Under the pieces are notes generated by a model. It saw nothing but the letters and a program-made list of their open reading frames with translations. It made no database searches and was not told where the DNA came from. 17,587 nucleotides of DNA from a virus. Made by a program: the position numbers and the translations under genes. This document shows positions 7,308 through 16,346 of the stretch, in pieces. The stretch is from IMG/VR virus record IMGVR_UViG_3300045988_158108. One strand, 5' to 3'. Every line of letters starts with the position of its first letter. The stretch's first letter is position 1.

Positions 7308-8741
7308 GTTGTCAGGAACCCACGCTCCTAAGAAACCTGCCCCCCCTGATTCCGTCCATGGTCCACAATCTGCCCTAACGAGTGGACCGCCTGAACCGTC
7401 CGTGTTCCAATTTTGTTGAAAGGTGTCTGCCCAATCGCCTGCTTTCACGCCGACATGTCCTGCGCCTTCATTCGTCCACCAGACAAAACAACCGTTCGGC
7501 AATCCGTTCCATATTTCTTTAGCATGTGCATCGTTGTTAGGGTCGCCCTCTACCTTGTGCCATCCAGCGGGCAATGGATTTTGATAGATGTTTTTTGCGT
7601 AGTCGCCTGATGTGTCTAAACCGAAACCATAAACATTCTGGTTTATCCAAGACACTAAATCAACGCACTGTGCGCCATATACTTGGTCTGTATCAAACCA
7701 TCCCCCTTGATTGGCATTGCACCAATCCCAAATTTTTTGGGCGGTTTTATTGTCTTTTCCTGCAGGAATTGAAGGAGGGTCGGGCTTATCTGGTTGTTTT
7801 GTGCCACTGCCTTGATGCCCTGAATCTGGGTCTAAAATTTCTAAATCATCTAAATTTAATAGGCTATTGATAAAATCGGTAAAACCGTTCGTAAATTTGA
7901 CATGCTGTACATTATTAAATTTTCTTGTCACTTTCACACTATCATTAAAATAGTACATCGATGAACCCAACGGAATATCATGAGCTAGTGCATCATTAAT
8001 TGCACCTATTAATTTATTAAACGCATCTTCTAACCTATCTGGTAAACTTGGTTTTCCTGTGTCAGGTGGTGGGTTTTTTGGTGTATCAGGGTTGGGCTTT
8101 GCATTGTGGCTTGGGTCGCCCGATGGTGCGAAAGGGTCGATACCAAAGCTCTTATACGTTTCAATAATCTGGTCGTAAGGATTGCCAAAATAAACAGCAG
8201 GAGGGGCGGCGCCTTGATTGGCTAGGCACCATTTTTCACCGAATATCCATGCATTTCCTGCCATCGTTGAAGGAATAAAGTAAGAACCTATTGAACCATC
8301 AGGAACCGCATTGTAGACACGCATTGTTATCCCTTCTTCGTCCTCCACATACGCACCGCCAACTTCTGGTGCAGACATGGCAGGCGGAAAATGTCTATCG
8401 AATGTCGTTTTGATGTAGTCTATATCATCATTCATACATCCTAAGCCATCCGATGCCGTGTCACTCATGTAGTGATTGACCCAATTCCCTGCGCCCCCTC
8501 CTTCCGTTACGGTGGTGCATAGAAACACCACGGCACTGCCAAAGGCTTCTTTTAAGCGTGGAATATACGTAGATAGCAAGTTATCACGAGTAACGCCATA
8601 CGAATTGATAACAGGTCTTGCGCCTGCTTGGTTCATAAACCAAGTAGCTAAATCTTCATCTTTAATACCGAAACTGTCGCCGAAATCATGGCTTAAAAAC
8701 GCTTGGTATTGTTCTGTCGTATACGTTTTATAAGAGGGCAT
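7305..8741 (-). CDS. Tail-associated peptidoglycan hydrolase (virion entry lysin), 478 aa. N-terminal enzymatic-like domain, two Pro-rich linkers, small middle domain, C-terminal CHAP peptidase.
   Basis: CHAP hallmarks near the C-terminus: catalytic Cys in GAQCVDLVSW and His in GAGHVGVKAG. Linkers PNPDTPKNPPPDTGKPSLPD and KQPDKPDPPSIPAG. N-terminal TEGGGAGNW is faintly like the GH73 ESGWG motif. Position is analogous to phi29 gp13. Confidence 0.7.
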   Translation of the reverse strand: MPSYKTYTTEQYQAFLSHDFGDSFGIKDEDLATWFMNQAGARPVINSYGVTRDNLLSTYIPRLKEAFGSAVVFLCTTVTEGGGAGNWVNHYMSDTASDGLGCMNDDIDYIKTTFDRHFPPAMSAPEVGGAYVEDEEGITMRVYNAVPDGSIGSYFIPSTMAGNAWIFGEKWCLANQGAAPPAVYFGNPYDQIIETYKSFGIDPFAPSGDPSHNAKPNPDTPKNPPPDTGKPSLPDRLEDAFNKLIGAINDALAHDIPLGSSMYYFNDSVKVTRKFNNVQHVKFTNGFTDFINSLLNLDDLEILDPDSGHQGSGTKQPDKPDPPSIPAGKDNKTAQKIWDWCNANQGGWFDTDQVYGAQCVDLVSWINQNVYGFGLDTSGDYAKNIYQNPLPAGWHKVEGDPNNDAHAKEIWNGLPNGCFVWWTNEGAGHVGVKAGDWADTFQQNWNTDGSGGPLVRADCGPWTESGGAGFLGAWVPDN

Positions 8742-8745
8742 GAAA

Positions 8746-10590
8746 TCACTTCACTTTCTTATTCAGTAATAAATTACCAGTAAATGGATTGGATGAACCA
8801 TCGTTATGCCACAATTTCATTCCATTTAAAAATTGGGCTTTTAACTGTTCCATTAGTTCCACAGGCACATTAGGAAGATGCCAGTTCCCTGAAAATTGTA
8901 CATAATTCATCATAGACATACTAGAAACATCTGAAAGCTGTTTACGTACATTCATTTCAAAACCAAACGTATTGTAATATCGGCGAATCTTGTCAAGTTC
9001 TACCTGTTCGGGTGCAGACATTTTCAAGGTAACACCGTAGGTATTTGTACTAATCTGAAAGGCTGTTCCGTTGGCTTGTCCGTTGATAGTCGGTGGCATC
9101 AAAGCCATATCAGCAAATTGGGCTTTTTGACTACGGTAAAATTCATATTCATCTGTATACATCCCTAATAACTTACTAGCACCACCAATTGCGCCACCGC
9201 CTAAGAATGCCCCTCCAATGTCTGTAGTCAAACTGATGGCATCCATTAGCTGTTGTTGCTTATTACCACTTGAGCCAGTCGTTGCGTTGTCAAAACGTTT
9301 TGATAATAACTTACTTTCAGATAGTTCCCTTTGGTGGGCATTTTGCGCTTGTGCGAGTTTTGGGCTGTCGATATAAACAGGCAATTCATTAAAGGTATTG
9401 TAAATGATTGCATTGTTTAAAAACTGCCCTTTATTTACACCGTTATCATCACTTTCGGATGGCGATGTTTTATAGTTCATCGGATACAAGGCGATTTGAT
9501 TGAAATGCCCAATACTAGAAATACAGTCCATCTGATAGCCTGTCGCTTCATCTAAGAAAGCAGGGTCGATGTATACCGCTTGACCATCCCAACTAAAAAC
9601 TTCCATGGTCGTATAACCAGTTCTTAATAAATGAGGTTCTTCATTATAATCTACACCGCAAAAGTTTGCGAGTTGGTTCATGGTGTAATGAGTACCAAAA
9701 TTTTGACGGCTTGTCACAGTTCCATTTTTAAAAGTGAAAACATTGTTAATATCTGCACTAGAAATTAAAACGGGTTGTAAATCATTTTTATCGATAAATT
9801 GAGTAGGTAGCATGATAACCGACTTCATACATTGGGCAATCCATGGAAATGGTTTTAAGCCTGTTGTTAATTTGTGGAAATCTTCTAATTGAAGCACATA
9901 CAAATTTATTGGGCTTGTGATACGGTCATAGGTCACACCTTCGGATACAGGTAATTTAGGGTCTTTTGCATCGCCCCAATCGCCTGATAGGTCGGCGGAA
10001 CATTCAAACAGTACCCAAAATTCTTTAAATATATCCGCTTTATTAAATACGTATCGTTTTGTATTGGCTTCTAAAATATCTGAATTGGTACGAATCATAG
10101 GCAAATAACTTCTATATTCTGATTTTGAAAGGTGTTCACGTTGTACCTCAACTTCACCAATTAATTGATGAAAGTTCCCTTGACAAAAGGTCATTACACT
10201 ATCCACCACAAGAATAAGCTCGGTTGTATTGTCATTTAGATAATTCACACCCACAACAAAAGCATACATCCTTAAATTGAAACGGCGCTCTTGCCATGTA
10301 CAATAATTTAAACCATAGCAGGAATTATAATCAAGTCCAATTTTTAAATGCCCACGTTGATTGACAAAATTGAAAGGTTCACGAATGTCTATCGTTGTAT
10401 AATGATTTTCTTCTAGGAAAAATTTATCTCGTTCTGCATTGCTTGAAAAATGGATGGTGTTTTGAAAATCATTAAAAGGTGTATTTCTGAAAAATTTAAA
10501 GTCAACAAGTGGTGGCTCCTTCCCTTGACGTTCAATCAAGGGAGGAACCGTTTCTACATTTTTTCGATAAGTGGATGGACGTTCTTTCAT
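8746..10590 (-). CDS. Tail knob / distal tube protein, phi29 gp9-like, 614 aa
   Basis: Size matches gp9 (599 aa). C-terminal stretches ADMALMPPTINGQANGTAFQ, NYVQFSGNW and GMKLWHNDGS recall gp9. Gly-rich loop GGAFLGGGAIGGASKLLG. RBS AGGAGG. Confidence 0.55.
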   Translation of the reverse strand: MKERPSTYRKNVETVPPLIERQGKEPPLVDFKFFRNTPFNDFQNTIHFSSNAERDKFFLEENHYTTIDIREPFNFVNQRGHLKIGLDYNSCYGLNYCTWQERRFNLRMYAFVVGVNYLNDNTTELILVVDSVMTFCQGNFHQLIGEVEVQREHLSKSEYRSYLPMIRTNSDILEANTKRYVFNKADIFKEFWVLFECSADLSGDWGDAKDPKLPVSEGVTYDRITSPINLYVLQLEDFHKLTTGLKPFPWIAQCMKSVIMLPTQFIDKNDLQPVLISSADINNVFTFKNGTVTSRQNFGTHYTMNQLANFCGVDYNEEPHLLRTGYTTMEVFSWDGQAVYIDPAFLDEATGYQMDCISSIGHFNQIALYPMNYKTSPSESDDNGVNKGQFLNNAIIYNTFNELPVYIDSPKLAQAQNAHQRELSESKLLSKRFDNATTGSSGNKQQQLMDAISLTTDIGGAFLGGGAIGGASKLLGMYTDEYEFYRSQKAQFADMALMPPTINGQANGTAFQISTNTYGVTLKMSAPEQVELDKIRRYYNTFGFEMNVRKQLSDVSSMSMMNYVQFSGNWHLPNVPVELMEQLKAQFLNGMKLWHNDGSSNPFTGNLLLNKKVK

Positions 10591-10601
10591 GTTTTAACCT
10601 C

Positions 10602-11474
10602 CTAAGGTAACATAGTTGGTGGCAATACTGTACCAGTCCATGCAACGTATCCTTCTGGTAAATCAGGGTCGAAATCCGCCACTCTTAATCTTAAATAAAG
10701 CATTGTATTATAATTATCTGGAATTGTAGCCATAAACATGGTTTGTTTTGTACCTTCTTGATATTGCCCAACGAGTGGCAATTCTGCATCAGTTTCTGGA
10801 GAAATACCATTAAAGCGCATATTGTAGTATGAAGTGTTTGATAAATCACCATCAAACCAAATTTGTAAATTTTTGCTATCTTTACCAACCTGAATTTTAA
10901 CAGGTGAATAGGTAGGTTTTACAACTGTTAAAACAGTGTGATAAACACGCTCGCCACTTTCAATTTCGTACATGTCAATATCGTAGTTGCCTTCTGCATA
11001 GGCTTCAAAGCCCCACGTACAATCATTGTCATTTTCTTGGATAATATCCATTTTTTTAGCAACCGCTGTGGAAAATTTACGATAAGTAAGTTCGTATTTT
11101 GTTCCTAGTCCTTCACCTTCAAAGTAAAATTCATATTTATAATTAGTAGTTGTATAATCAATTGTTGTTGGTAAAATTGAATTACCTCCACTAATATTGA
11201 TATTTCCTTTTTCATCTGGTTTTTCACCGTTTATAGTCTTTACACCTACATCAATTGTAACGGCTCCTGCTCTGTCTGTCGTTGCTACACCGTTCACACT
11301 TTTAACGGCATTTGTTAGTTGATAGTATTGTGGTTTTTCTTTCTCTTTGGTACGCACATACACCTCGCCTGCCGTGTCACTTAATAGGTCGTTTTGTACA
11401 TTTGTACGAAATTCTTGATTATCAATCTTGCGAATATTATGGATGTTTCTTGTAAATCTGCTACCCATTTGCAT
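10602..11474 (-). CDS. Virion structural protein, 290 aa, beta-rich. Candidate fibre, appendage or receptor-binding component.
   Basis: ORF in the late operon between the portal block and the tail knob. RBS GAAAGG. Thr/Gly/Tyr-rich composition. Confidence 0.35.
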   Translation of the reverse strand: MQMGSRFTRNIHNIRKIDNQEFRTNVQNDLLSDTAGEVYVRTKEKEKPQYYQLTNAVKSVNGVATTDRAGAVTIDVGVKTINGEKPDEKGNINISGGNSILPTTIDYTTTNYKYEFYFEGEGLGTKYELTYRKFSTAVAKKMDIIQENDNDCTWGFEAYAEGNYDIDMYEIESGERVYHTVLTVVKPTYSPVKIQVGKDSKNLQIWFDGDLSNTSYYNMRFNGISPETDAELPLVGQYQEGTKQTMFMATIPDNYNTMLYLRLRVADFDPDLPEGYVAWTGTVLPPTMLP

Positions 11475-12207
11475 TACCGCCTTTCATTGGTGGGGCTTGT
11501 AACCATTGCCCATTTAAATAAATTCTATTGTGTCCTGTATTCGGTTGTTTAATGGTGTTTGCATTTTCAAGGCTTTTATCTACCCATGCACCATTTAAAT
11601 AAATTTGAATGTGTCCGTTGTTACTATTAAAGTCCTTCCACGCACCTTGATACTCGGCATAAGGACGATAGTTGGCAGGATTGGTGTTTGTGATACTTCC
11701 GCCGATGTATAAATTAAATTCATCATCCGCCACACTCGCATCCGCTAACCAGTGCGCCACTTTAATTTCTGGAATTTTTAGGGTTTGTCCTGCATTCACT
11801 TTATAATGTTTCGGTGTGCTACCTTTATTCGTTACAAATATATCGCCTGTATCAAAAGAACTTGATAAGTCTAATGCTTGTTGCCATACCTGAACTAAAT
11901 TACCATCATTTTTCATATCCACATTCAGTGTATACGTAACACTTGCTGTTGTGATATTTAGTGCTTCATACGTTCGCACTCTAAATTGACTTACACCATA
12001 AAAATCTAATTCTATTGATCCATCGGAATTTTCTTTATAGTTTCGGACATCCGCCCAAATATAAACAATATACTTTGCTACGCTTTGCCCTGCTCGAAAT
12101 TCATTTCTAAATTTTGCACTATACAAGTTCCCTTCTGATGCCGTACCTTCAGAAAGTCCACCTTGTATAAGTTCCACACGTCCGCCAAAATTAAATTTAT
12201 CTGCCAT
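11461..12207 (-). CDS. Virion structural protein, 248 aa, with an internal repeat. Candidate receptor-binding or head-fibre protein.
   Basis: Repeated motif GHIQIYLNGAWV / GHNRIYLNGQWL near the C-terminus. Abuts the upstream stop (TAAtcATG). Confidence 0.35.
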   Translation of the reverse strand: MADKFNFGGRVELIQGGLSEGTASEGNLYSAKFRNEFRAGQSVAKYIVYIWADVRNYKENSDGSIELDFYGVSQFRVRTYEALNITTASVTYTLNVDMKNDGNLVQVWQQALDLSSSFDTGDIFVTNKGSTPKHYKVNAGQTLKIPEIKVAHWLADASVADDEFNLYIGGSITNTNPANYRPYAEYQGAWKDFNSNNGHIQIYLNGAWVDKSLENANTIKQPNTGHNRIYLNGQWLQAPPMKGGNANG

Positions 12208-12209
12208 GA

Positions 12210-12986
12210 TTAAATACCTGTTGTCACATCGTAATCGGCAACGCCCTTCCGTGTACGGATGAAGTGCGTACCACCTGCGACACCTGAAAAGTGGTTAATG
12301 TTACCAGTAGCAATGTTTCTATCTGGATTGAAATTAAACGTGTAAATATTGTTAGTTGTAATGGCACCCGAATTGTAAAGATTATCAATAATTTTTTGTA
12401 GGGTCTGTTCTATTTTTTTGATGTTATTAATTAAATTATTAATTTCATCCCCTTGGTCATTGATGATTTTAATTAAATTACCAATCTCTTTATCAATCGC
12501 ATTCAAGGCATTTATATAATCAGGCGACCACACACCATTTTTTCTTACTACTGTACCATTGGGAATCTTGACCGTTTTTGGGTCGAAATTATTAAACGTG
12601 CGTTCATCTACATCGGGCGACACAATCACATCCGCTTTAATATGAATCACATCATCGAAACCATGACAAACACCGTTGTCAATCCAATCGCCTATTTTTG
12701 TCATATCAATTGAATTGGTGTCATCTACTTCTAAGTTACGGCGCAATAAGCGATTAATAACATCCTCCACGACATGCGCCCATTTTCCGAAACGTGCTAA
12801 ATAATCGTAATAATCTTTTGCGTTGGTGTTAAAGTCCGAACTGTCATCATACCATGGTTCATAATGGTTTTTAAAATGACCATAATTGTAAAATCTGCCA
12901 TGATTATGATGAAATGCGTGGTGGTCAAAAAAACCAACTTGGCTCCAAAAATCAGGTTCAAACTTTTCTTTATCGTTACCAGACAT
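12210..12986 (-). CDS. Virion structural protein, 258 aa from the ATG at 12986. His/aromatic-rich N-terminus plus a heptad coiled coil. Candidate tail fibre or appendage.
   Basis: RBS GAAAGGAAG 10 nt upstream of the ATG at 12986; the six-frame ORF extends upstream to 13034. HHAFHHNHGRFYNYGHFKNHYEPW. Coiled-coil segment IGNLIKIINDQGDEINNLINNIKKIEQTLQKIIDNL. Confidence 0.4.
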   Translation of the reverse strand: MSGNDKEKFEPDFWSQVGFFDHHAFHHNHGRFYNYGHFKNHYEPWYDDSSDFNTNAKDYYDYLARFGKWAHVVEDVINRLLRRNLEVDDTNSIDMTKIGDWIDNGVCHGFDDVIHIKADVIVSPDVDERTFNNFDPKTVKIPNGTVVRKNGVWSPDYINALNAIDKEIGNLIKIINDQGDEINNLINNIKKIEQTLQKIIDNLYNSGAITTNNIYTFNFNPDRNIATGNINHFSGVAGGTHFIRTRKGVADYDVTTGI

Positions 12987-13614
12987 GTAAAAAGCACTTC
13001 CTTTCAAAAATTCTAAATACTTTATCAAAAACATCCTGCATCTTTTCTAAGTTGTCAGGGCTGTAAACGTTGTTCGTGCTATCTGTGGTCGTGTCATTTT
13101 GCATCTTGGTACGTGCCACATTGTTATCATCCGCATAATCGATAATCGTTTCATTTAAATCTAAATGTACAACGGTTTGCGGTAGTGATTGGTACGCACT
13201 TCTTGAATCCATTTGATTATCTTGTGCGCCCACTTGGTGGCTGTCCGTTTGACCTGTCACATATTTATCAAAGTTTTCAAAAAGGTTATTCAGATATGGT
13301 GTTAACTGTAAAAACTCATAACTTACTTTTGCAGAAAAAGCATCAATAGTTTGTGTTTGAATCTGTCTATTTAAAAAGCGATTGACAAACATTCGTTTAA
13401 ATGCTTTATCATATTCAGGTTTTGCGAGTGATAAACCGTGGAAAATTCGGCGGTTAACAATTGATGCCACCACTTCATCATAATCCATAATACGTTGGAT
13501 AAAGGCGAAATCATCATTAAAACCAGTTAATTGGTTTTGATTGAAAAATTCATTTTCGCCATTGTTATGCAGTTCTGAATGCAGATAATCATACATTGTC
13601 GTTGTGATTTTCAT
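12976..13614 (-). CDS. Virion protein, 212 aa. Possible lower collar, assigned by position directly after the portal.
   Basis: ORF with RBS AAGGAGGAG. Overlaps the portal stop. The assignment rests on gene order alone. Confidence 0.3.
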   Translation of the reverse strand: MKITTTMYDYLHSELHNNGENEFFNQNQLTGFNDDFAFIQRIMDYDEVVASIVNRRIFHGLSLAKPEYDKAFKRMFVNRFLNRQIQTQTIDAFSAKVSYEFLQLTPYLNNLFENFDKYVTGQTDSHQVGAQDNQMDSRSAYQSLPQTVVHLDLNETIIDYADDNNVARTKMQNDTTTDSTNNVYSPDNLEKMQDVFDKVFRIFERKCFLHVW

Positions 13615-14602
13615 TGTTGTCGAACTCCTCCTTTGTATTTAAGATTAATAGTTCACTGTCTAAACCATCATTATAAATCGCTCGTAATTGTACACCGAAA
13701 CGTTTTTCTAACCATCGGAATGGACGGTTTCTCGCTTCAAGATAGATATTGCCATTCCCTGTTGTGAATGCTCGGTTTGAATTGGCTTCCGTATCACTCA
13801 CACCGCTTTCTTTATCAACGGCAAGCGAATTTAAGCCTAACATGTTTAAGCATTCAGATAAAATGTTTTGGTACTCACGTTTTAACTCCACAAGGTTTGA
13901 TGAAAGACTAGCATTATCTACCGTGATAATTTGTTCTTTCGGGTCAAAATAGCCGTCAACTTTTGTGGCAACGCCGCCGTTGTAAATGTCAGAAATTAAT
14001 TGATTGGCTGTTTCGTCATTCGTATCCGATACAAAAAACGTCATTACTTTCGCTTGAATTGCCAACGAATAACGAGAAGTGATAAGTTCTGCTAGTCGGT
14101 CGGCATAATGCTCAATAACTTCCATATCGGAAACATAGTTGGCTACTTTATTTGTTAGGACAACAAAATTGCCTGTTTCACAATCATCCAAGGTCGTAAT
14201 TTCACGCATTTTTTTTGGGCGCAACGGTCTTGGAATTATCCAATTTATATCTCTTTCTGTCAATCTACGGCGGTTCCATAAGTTGGTGGCATCACTTACA
14301 CCCTGCACGGTTGTAACAATGCCTAATAACATCAATTTGCCATTGTTGGCAATTCCGATGGCTAGTTTATTGTTTTGCCGTAACGCTAACTCACACCGAA
14401 CAACATCTAGTGCCGTGTTTTCTGCTCCTAACCATTTTATCGTTAATGGCAAAATCTCTAAAATTCGATTAATAAATAAACGGCGAAAGGCGTTACGCAT
14501 TGCAACGACTTTCGCCTTTAATTGTACCGATAATTCAGGTTCTAAGCCATTTAACGCATTAGGATTGTTAGGGTTCGGATTGTGAAAGCTATGTTCACTC
14601 AT
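13589..14602 (-). CDS. Portal / connector (upper collar) protein, phi29 gp10-like, 337 aa
   Basis: Size is close to gp10 (309 aa). Sits immediately downstream of the capsid gene. N-terminal RNAFRRLFINRILEILPLTIKWLG... recalls the gp10 N-terminal region. RBS AAAGGA. Acidic C-terminal tail. Confidence 0.5.
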   Translation of the reverse strand: MSEHSFHNPNPNNPNALNGLEPELSVQLKAKVVAMRNAFRRLFINRILEILPLTIKWLGAENTALDVVRCELALRQNNKLAIGIANNGKLMLLGIVTTVQGVSDATNLWNRRRLTERDINWIIPRPLRPKKMREITTLDDCETGNFVVLTNKVANYVSDMEVIEHYADRLAELITSRYSLAIQAKVMTFFVSDTNDETANQLISDIYNGGVATKVDGYFDPKEQIITVDNASLSSNLVELKREYQNILSECLNMLGLNSLAVDKESGVSDTEANSNRAFTTGNGNIYLEARNRPFRWLEKRFGVQLRAIYNDGLDSELLILNTKEEFDNNENHNDNV

Positions 14603-14618
14603 AAATACCCATCCTTTC

Positions 14619-15797
14619 TTATGCGCCTGCTTTTCCCTTTACCAAAATTTTATTATAGAATGGTGAAATGAATTTGTTTGAGTAGTAGTGCAACCAGTAA
14701 GTCACTTCATCATATTCGCCATTGTAGAATGGTGGTTTTAACATGCCTTTAGTGTATTGTTTGTATCGAATGCAATCCACATCCAAGACAAATGCCCACA
14801 AGTCAGAAGATGGTTTTACTTCTTCCACTTTGCCTTTAAATTCTACTAATTCAGAAATATCAAACGTCAATACTGTTCCTTTCGGTAAAATATCACCGAT
14901 GGCAATTTGATAATCTCCCAATGAACGGAATTTAGCAATGGTATCCACCTCTGCAATGGTTACATCAGCAGTCAAACGGAACGTTCCACCTAAGTCATCA
15001 AAACTCATGATGTGGTCGGTCATGTCAATACCTTCATTGGCGAATGTGTTCGCAATTTTGGTGTTTAATAAGTAGCTTTTTAGTTTATCCGTTGTTAAAA
15101 TTAAAAGTTTATCTAATTTTGAAACGGTAGTATAGCGACCTAATGCACCACCAGATGCAGTATCCGCTTCATTGTGTTTTTCACTGTTATTTTGTACGTT
15201 TAATAATGCAGTGAATACTTCCTCGAATAATTCTTCTTCTGATGTGACTTGACGAACGTCTTTTACGTTACGTTCTGCATAGTCAACAAGCATTCCTTTC
15301 ATTTCACGTTCTTCTTGAACATTAATATCAGAAATTTTCTTACGGTAGACACCTGTTGCATAGTTGATAGCATCGCCTAATGTAGAAAAGTTCAAACGTG
15401 TATCGTTGTTATTTAACGTGAATTTCATTTTCTTTACAATACCTTCATGGTACAATTTAGTAGCCATACGAGGGTATTCACGTTTAAGCATCATTTCTTC
15501 TGATTTTGATAAGTTCATTGCCACAGGCACACTATCAAGGATAACGTATTCTTCTGAATATTGACCGATAAAGTCAACTTCTTTTGCGAAACGTTGGAAA
15601 CGATTGCCTAATGCTTGTGAAACTAGTAAAGTTTCGTTAATTTTTGGAAATAGATATTTATTAATAAAGGTTTCAAACTCGGTATTCACATTAGACCAGT
15701 TTTCACCAATTTGCCATGCTGTGCCATGGTCGGCATTCCACATTTTTAAGGCATCCGCCGTGGCTAGTGTGACGGCATCACGTTGCGTTTTTGGCAT
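14619..15797 (-). CDS. Major capsid protein (putative), 392 aa
   Basis: Largest head-region ORF, between the scaffold-like and portal genes. RBS AGGAGG 8 nt upstream. Translationally coupled to the upstream small ORF (TAATG). Confidence 0.5.
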   Translation of the reverse strand: MPKTQRDAVTLATADALKMWNADHGTAWQIGENWSNVNTEFETFINKYLFPKINETLLVSQALGNRFQRFAKEVDFIGQYSEEYVILDSVPVAMNLSKSEEMMLKREYPRMATKLYHEGIVKKMKFTLNNNDTRLNFSTLGDAINYATGVYRKKISDINVQEEREMKGMLVDYAERNVKDVRQVTSEEELFEEVFTALLNVQNNSEKHNEADTASGGALGRYTTVSKLDKLLILTTDKLKSYLLNTKIANTFANEGIDMTDHIMSFDDLGGTFRLTADVTIAEVDTIAKFRSLGDYQIAIGDILPKGTVLTFDISELVEFKGKVEEVKPSSDLWAFVLDVDCIRYKQYTKGMLKPPFYNGEYDEVTYWLHYYSNKFISPFYNKILVKGKAGA

Positions 15798-15958
15798 TAT
15801 TCGTTACCTCCTTGGATAGAGTGTAGTTTATTTTCATATTCATCGGGCGCTTGTTGTGTAATACTCATGCGCTCATTTAATTCTTTTGATTTGTCTAATT
15901 TATTATCTGAATAATTAGACTGCATCAAAGATGGTCGTTCGTTTTGTTCTGGGTTCAT
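15797..15958 (-). CDS. Small hydrophilic protein, 53 aa (MNPEQNERPSLMQSNYSDNKLDKSKELNERMSITQQAPDEYENKLHSIQGGNE). Absent from the supplied ORF track.
   Basis: ATG at 15958 with RBS AGGAGG 8 nt upstream. Its stop overlaps the capsid start by 1 nt (TAATG). The capsid RBS lies within its 3' end. Confidence 0.45.
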   Translation of the reverse strand: MNPEQNERPSLMQSNYSDNKLDKSKELNERMSITQQAPDEYENKLHSIQGGNE

Positions 15959-15986
15959 AAAAATGAACCTCCTTTCTTAAAGGTGG

Positions 15987-16283
15987 TTATACGTCCAAAT
16001 ATTCTTCAATCTCGTCCAATAAATCTTCATCTTTTGTAGGGTCTTCTTCCGTTGGGTCTAGTTCTGGCTGAATGGTATCCGTTACGCTATCAGGTTCTAC
16101 CTCTGGACGGACAGACTCTAATTGCTCTACTCGTGTCAATAAATCTTCAATCGCTTCTTTTAATTCAGCGATGTCTGTTGATTGACTTTCGTTTTCTGCA
16201 TCTTCTTTTGCCTGTTCTTCTTTGGTTTCTACCTCAACGGGTTCTTTTTCTTCTACTTCATCAATTTTTTCTTCCTCGGTCAT
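15987..16283 (-). CDS. Hyper-acidic helical protein, 98 aa from the ATG at 16283. Scaffolding-protein candidate (phi29 gp7 is 98 aa); a DNA mimic is the alternative.
   Basis: 40 of 98 residues are D or E, against only 8 K/R. RBS GGGAGG 7 nt upstream of the ATG at 16283. First gene of the late operon, directly upstream of the capsid gene. Confidence 0.5.
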   Translation of the reverse strand: MTEEEKIDEVEEKEPVEVETKEEQAKEDAENESQSTDIAELKEAIEDLLTRVEQLESVRPEVEPDSVTDTIQPELDPTEEDPTKDEDLLDEIEEYLDV

Positions 16284-16306
16284 AGTCACACCTCCCATTT
16301 ATGTTA

Positions 16307-16335
16307 ATTTTAAGCTACAAAAAAAGACAAGTCAA
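16307..16335 (-). promoter_or_regulatory. Sigma-A-like promoter for the morphogenesis operon. Its -35 lies inside the early terminator hairpin.
   Basis: Minus strand: -35 TTGACT (16330..16335), 17-nt spacer, -10 TAAAAT (16307..16312). Predicted TSS ~16300; first late gene RBS GGGAGG. Confidence 0.35.
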
Positions 16336-16346
16336 CAAGACTTGCC
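16319..16346 (-). terminator. Intrinsic terminator ending the right-end early transcript
   Basis: Minus strand: ggcaagtc ttgtt gacttgtc followed by ttttttt. 7 to 8 bp stem, 12 nt after the 298-aa gene stop. Confidence 0.5.

Noticed and set aside
14139-14585. 148-aa plus-strand ORF, plus the other opposite-strand ORFs in the track (640..837, 1027..1245, 4436..4633, 5461..5655, 7078..7269, 7413..7610, 7574..7870, 8476..8733, 10691..10888, 12797..12997, 13579..13767, 13749..13952, 15364..15564, 15604..15819, 16052..16285, 16222..16425, 16562..16822, 17109..17327)
   Set aside because: All lie antisense within well-supported genes. They lack RBSs and have low-complexity, Leu/Phe/Ser-rich translations typical of AT-rich antisense frames.
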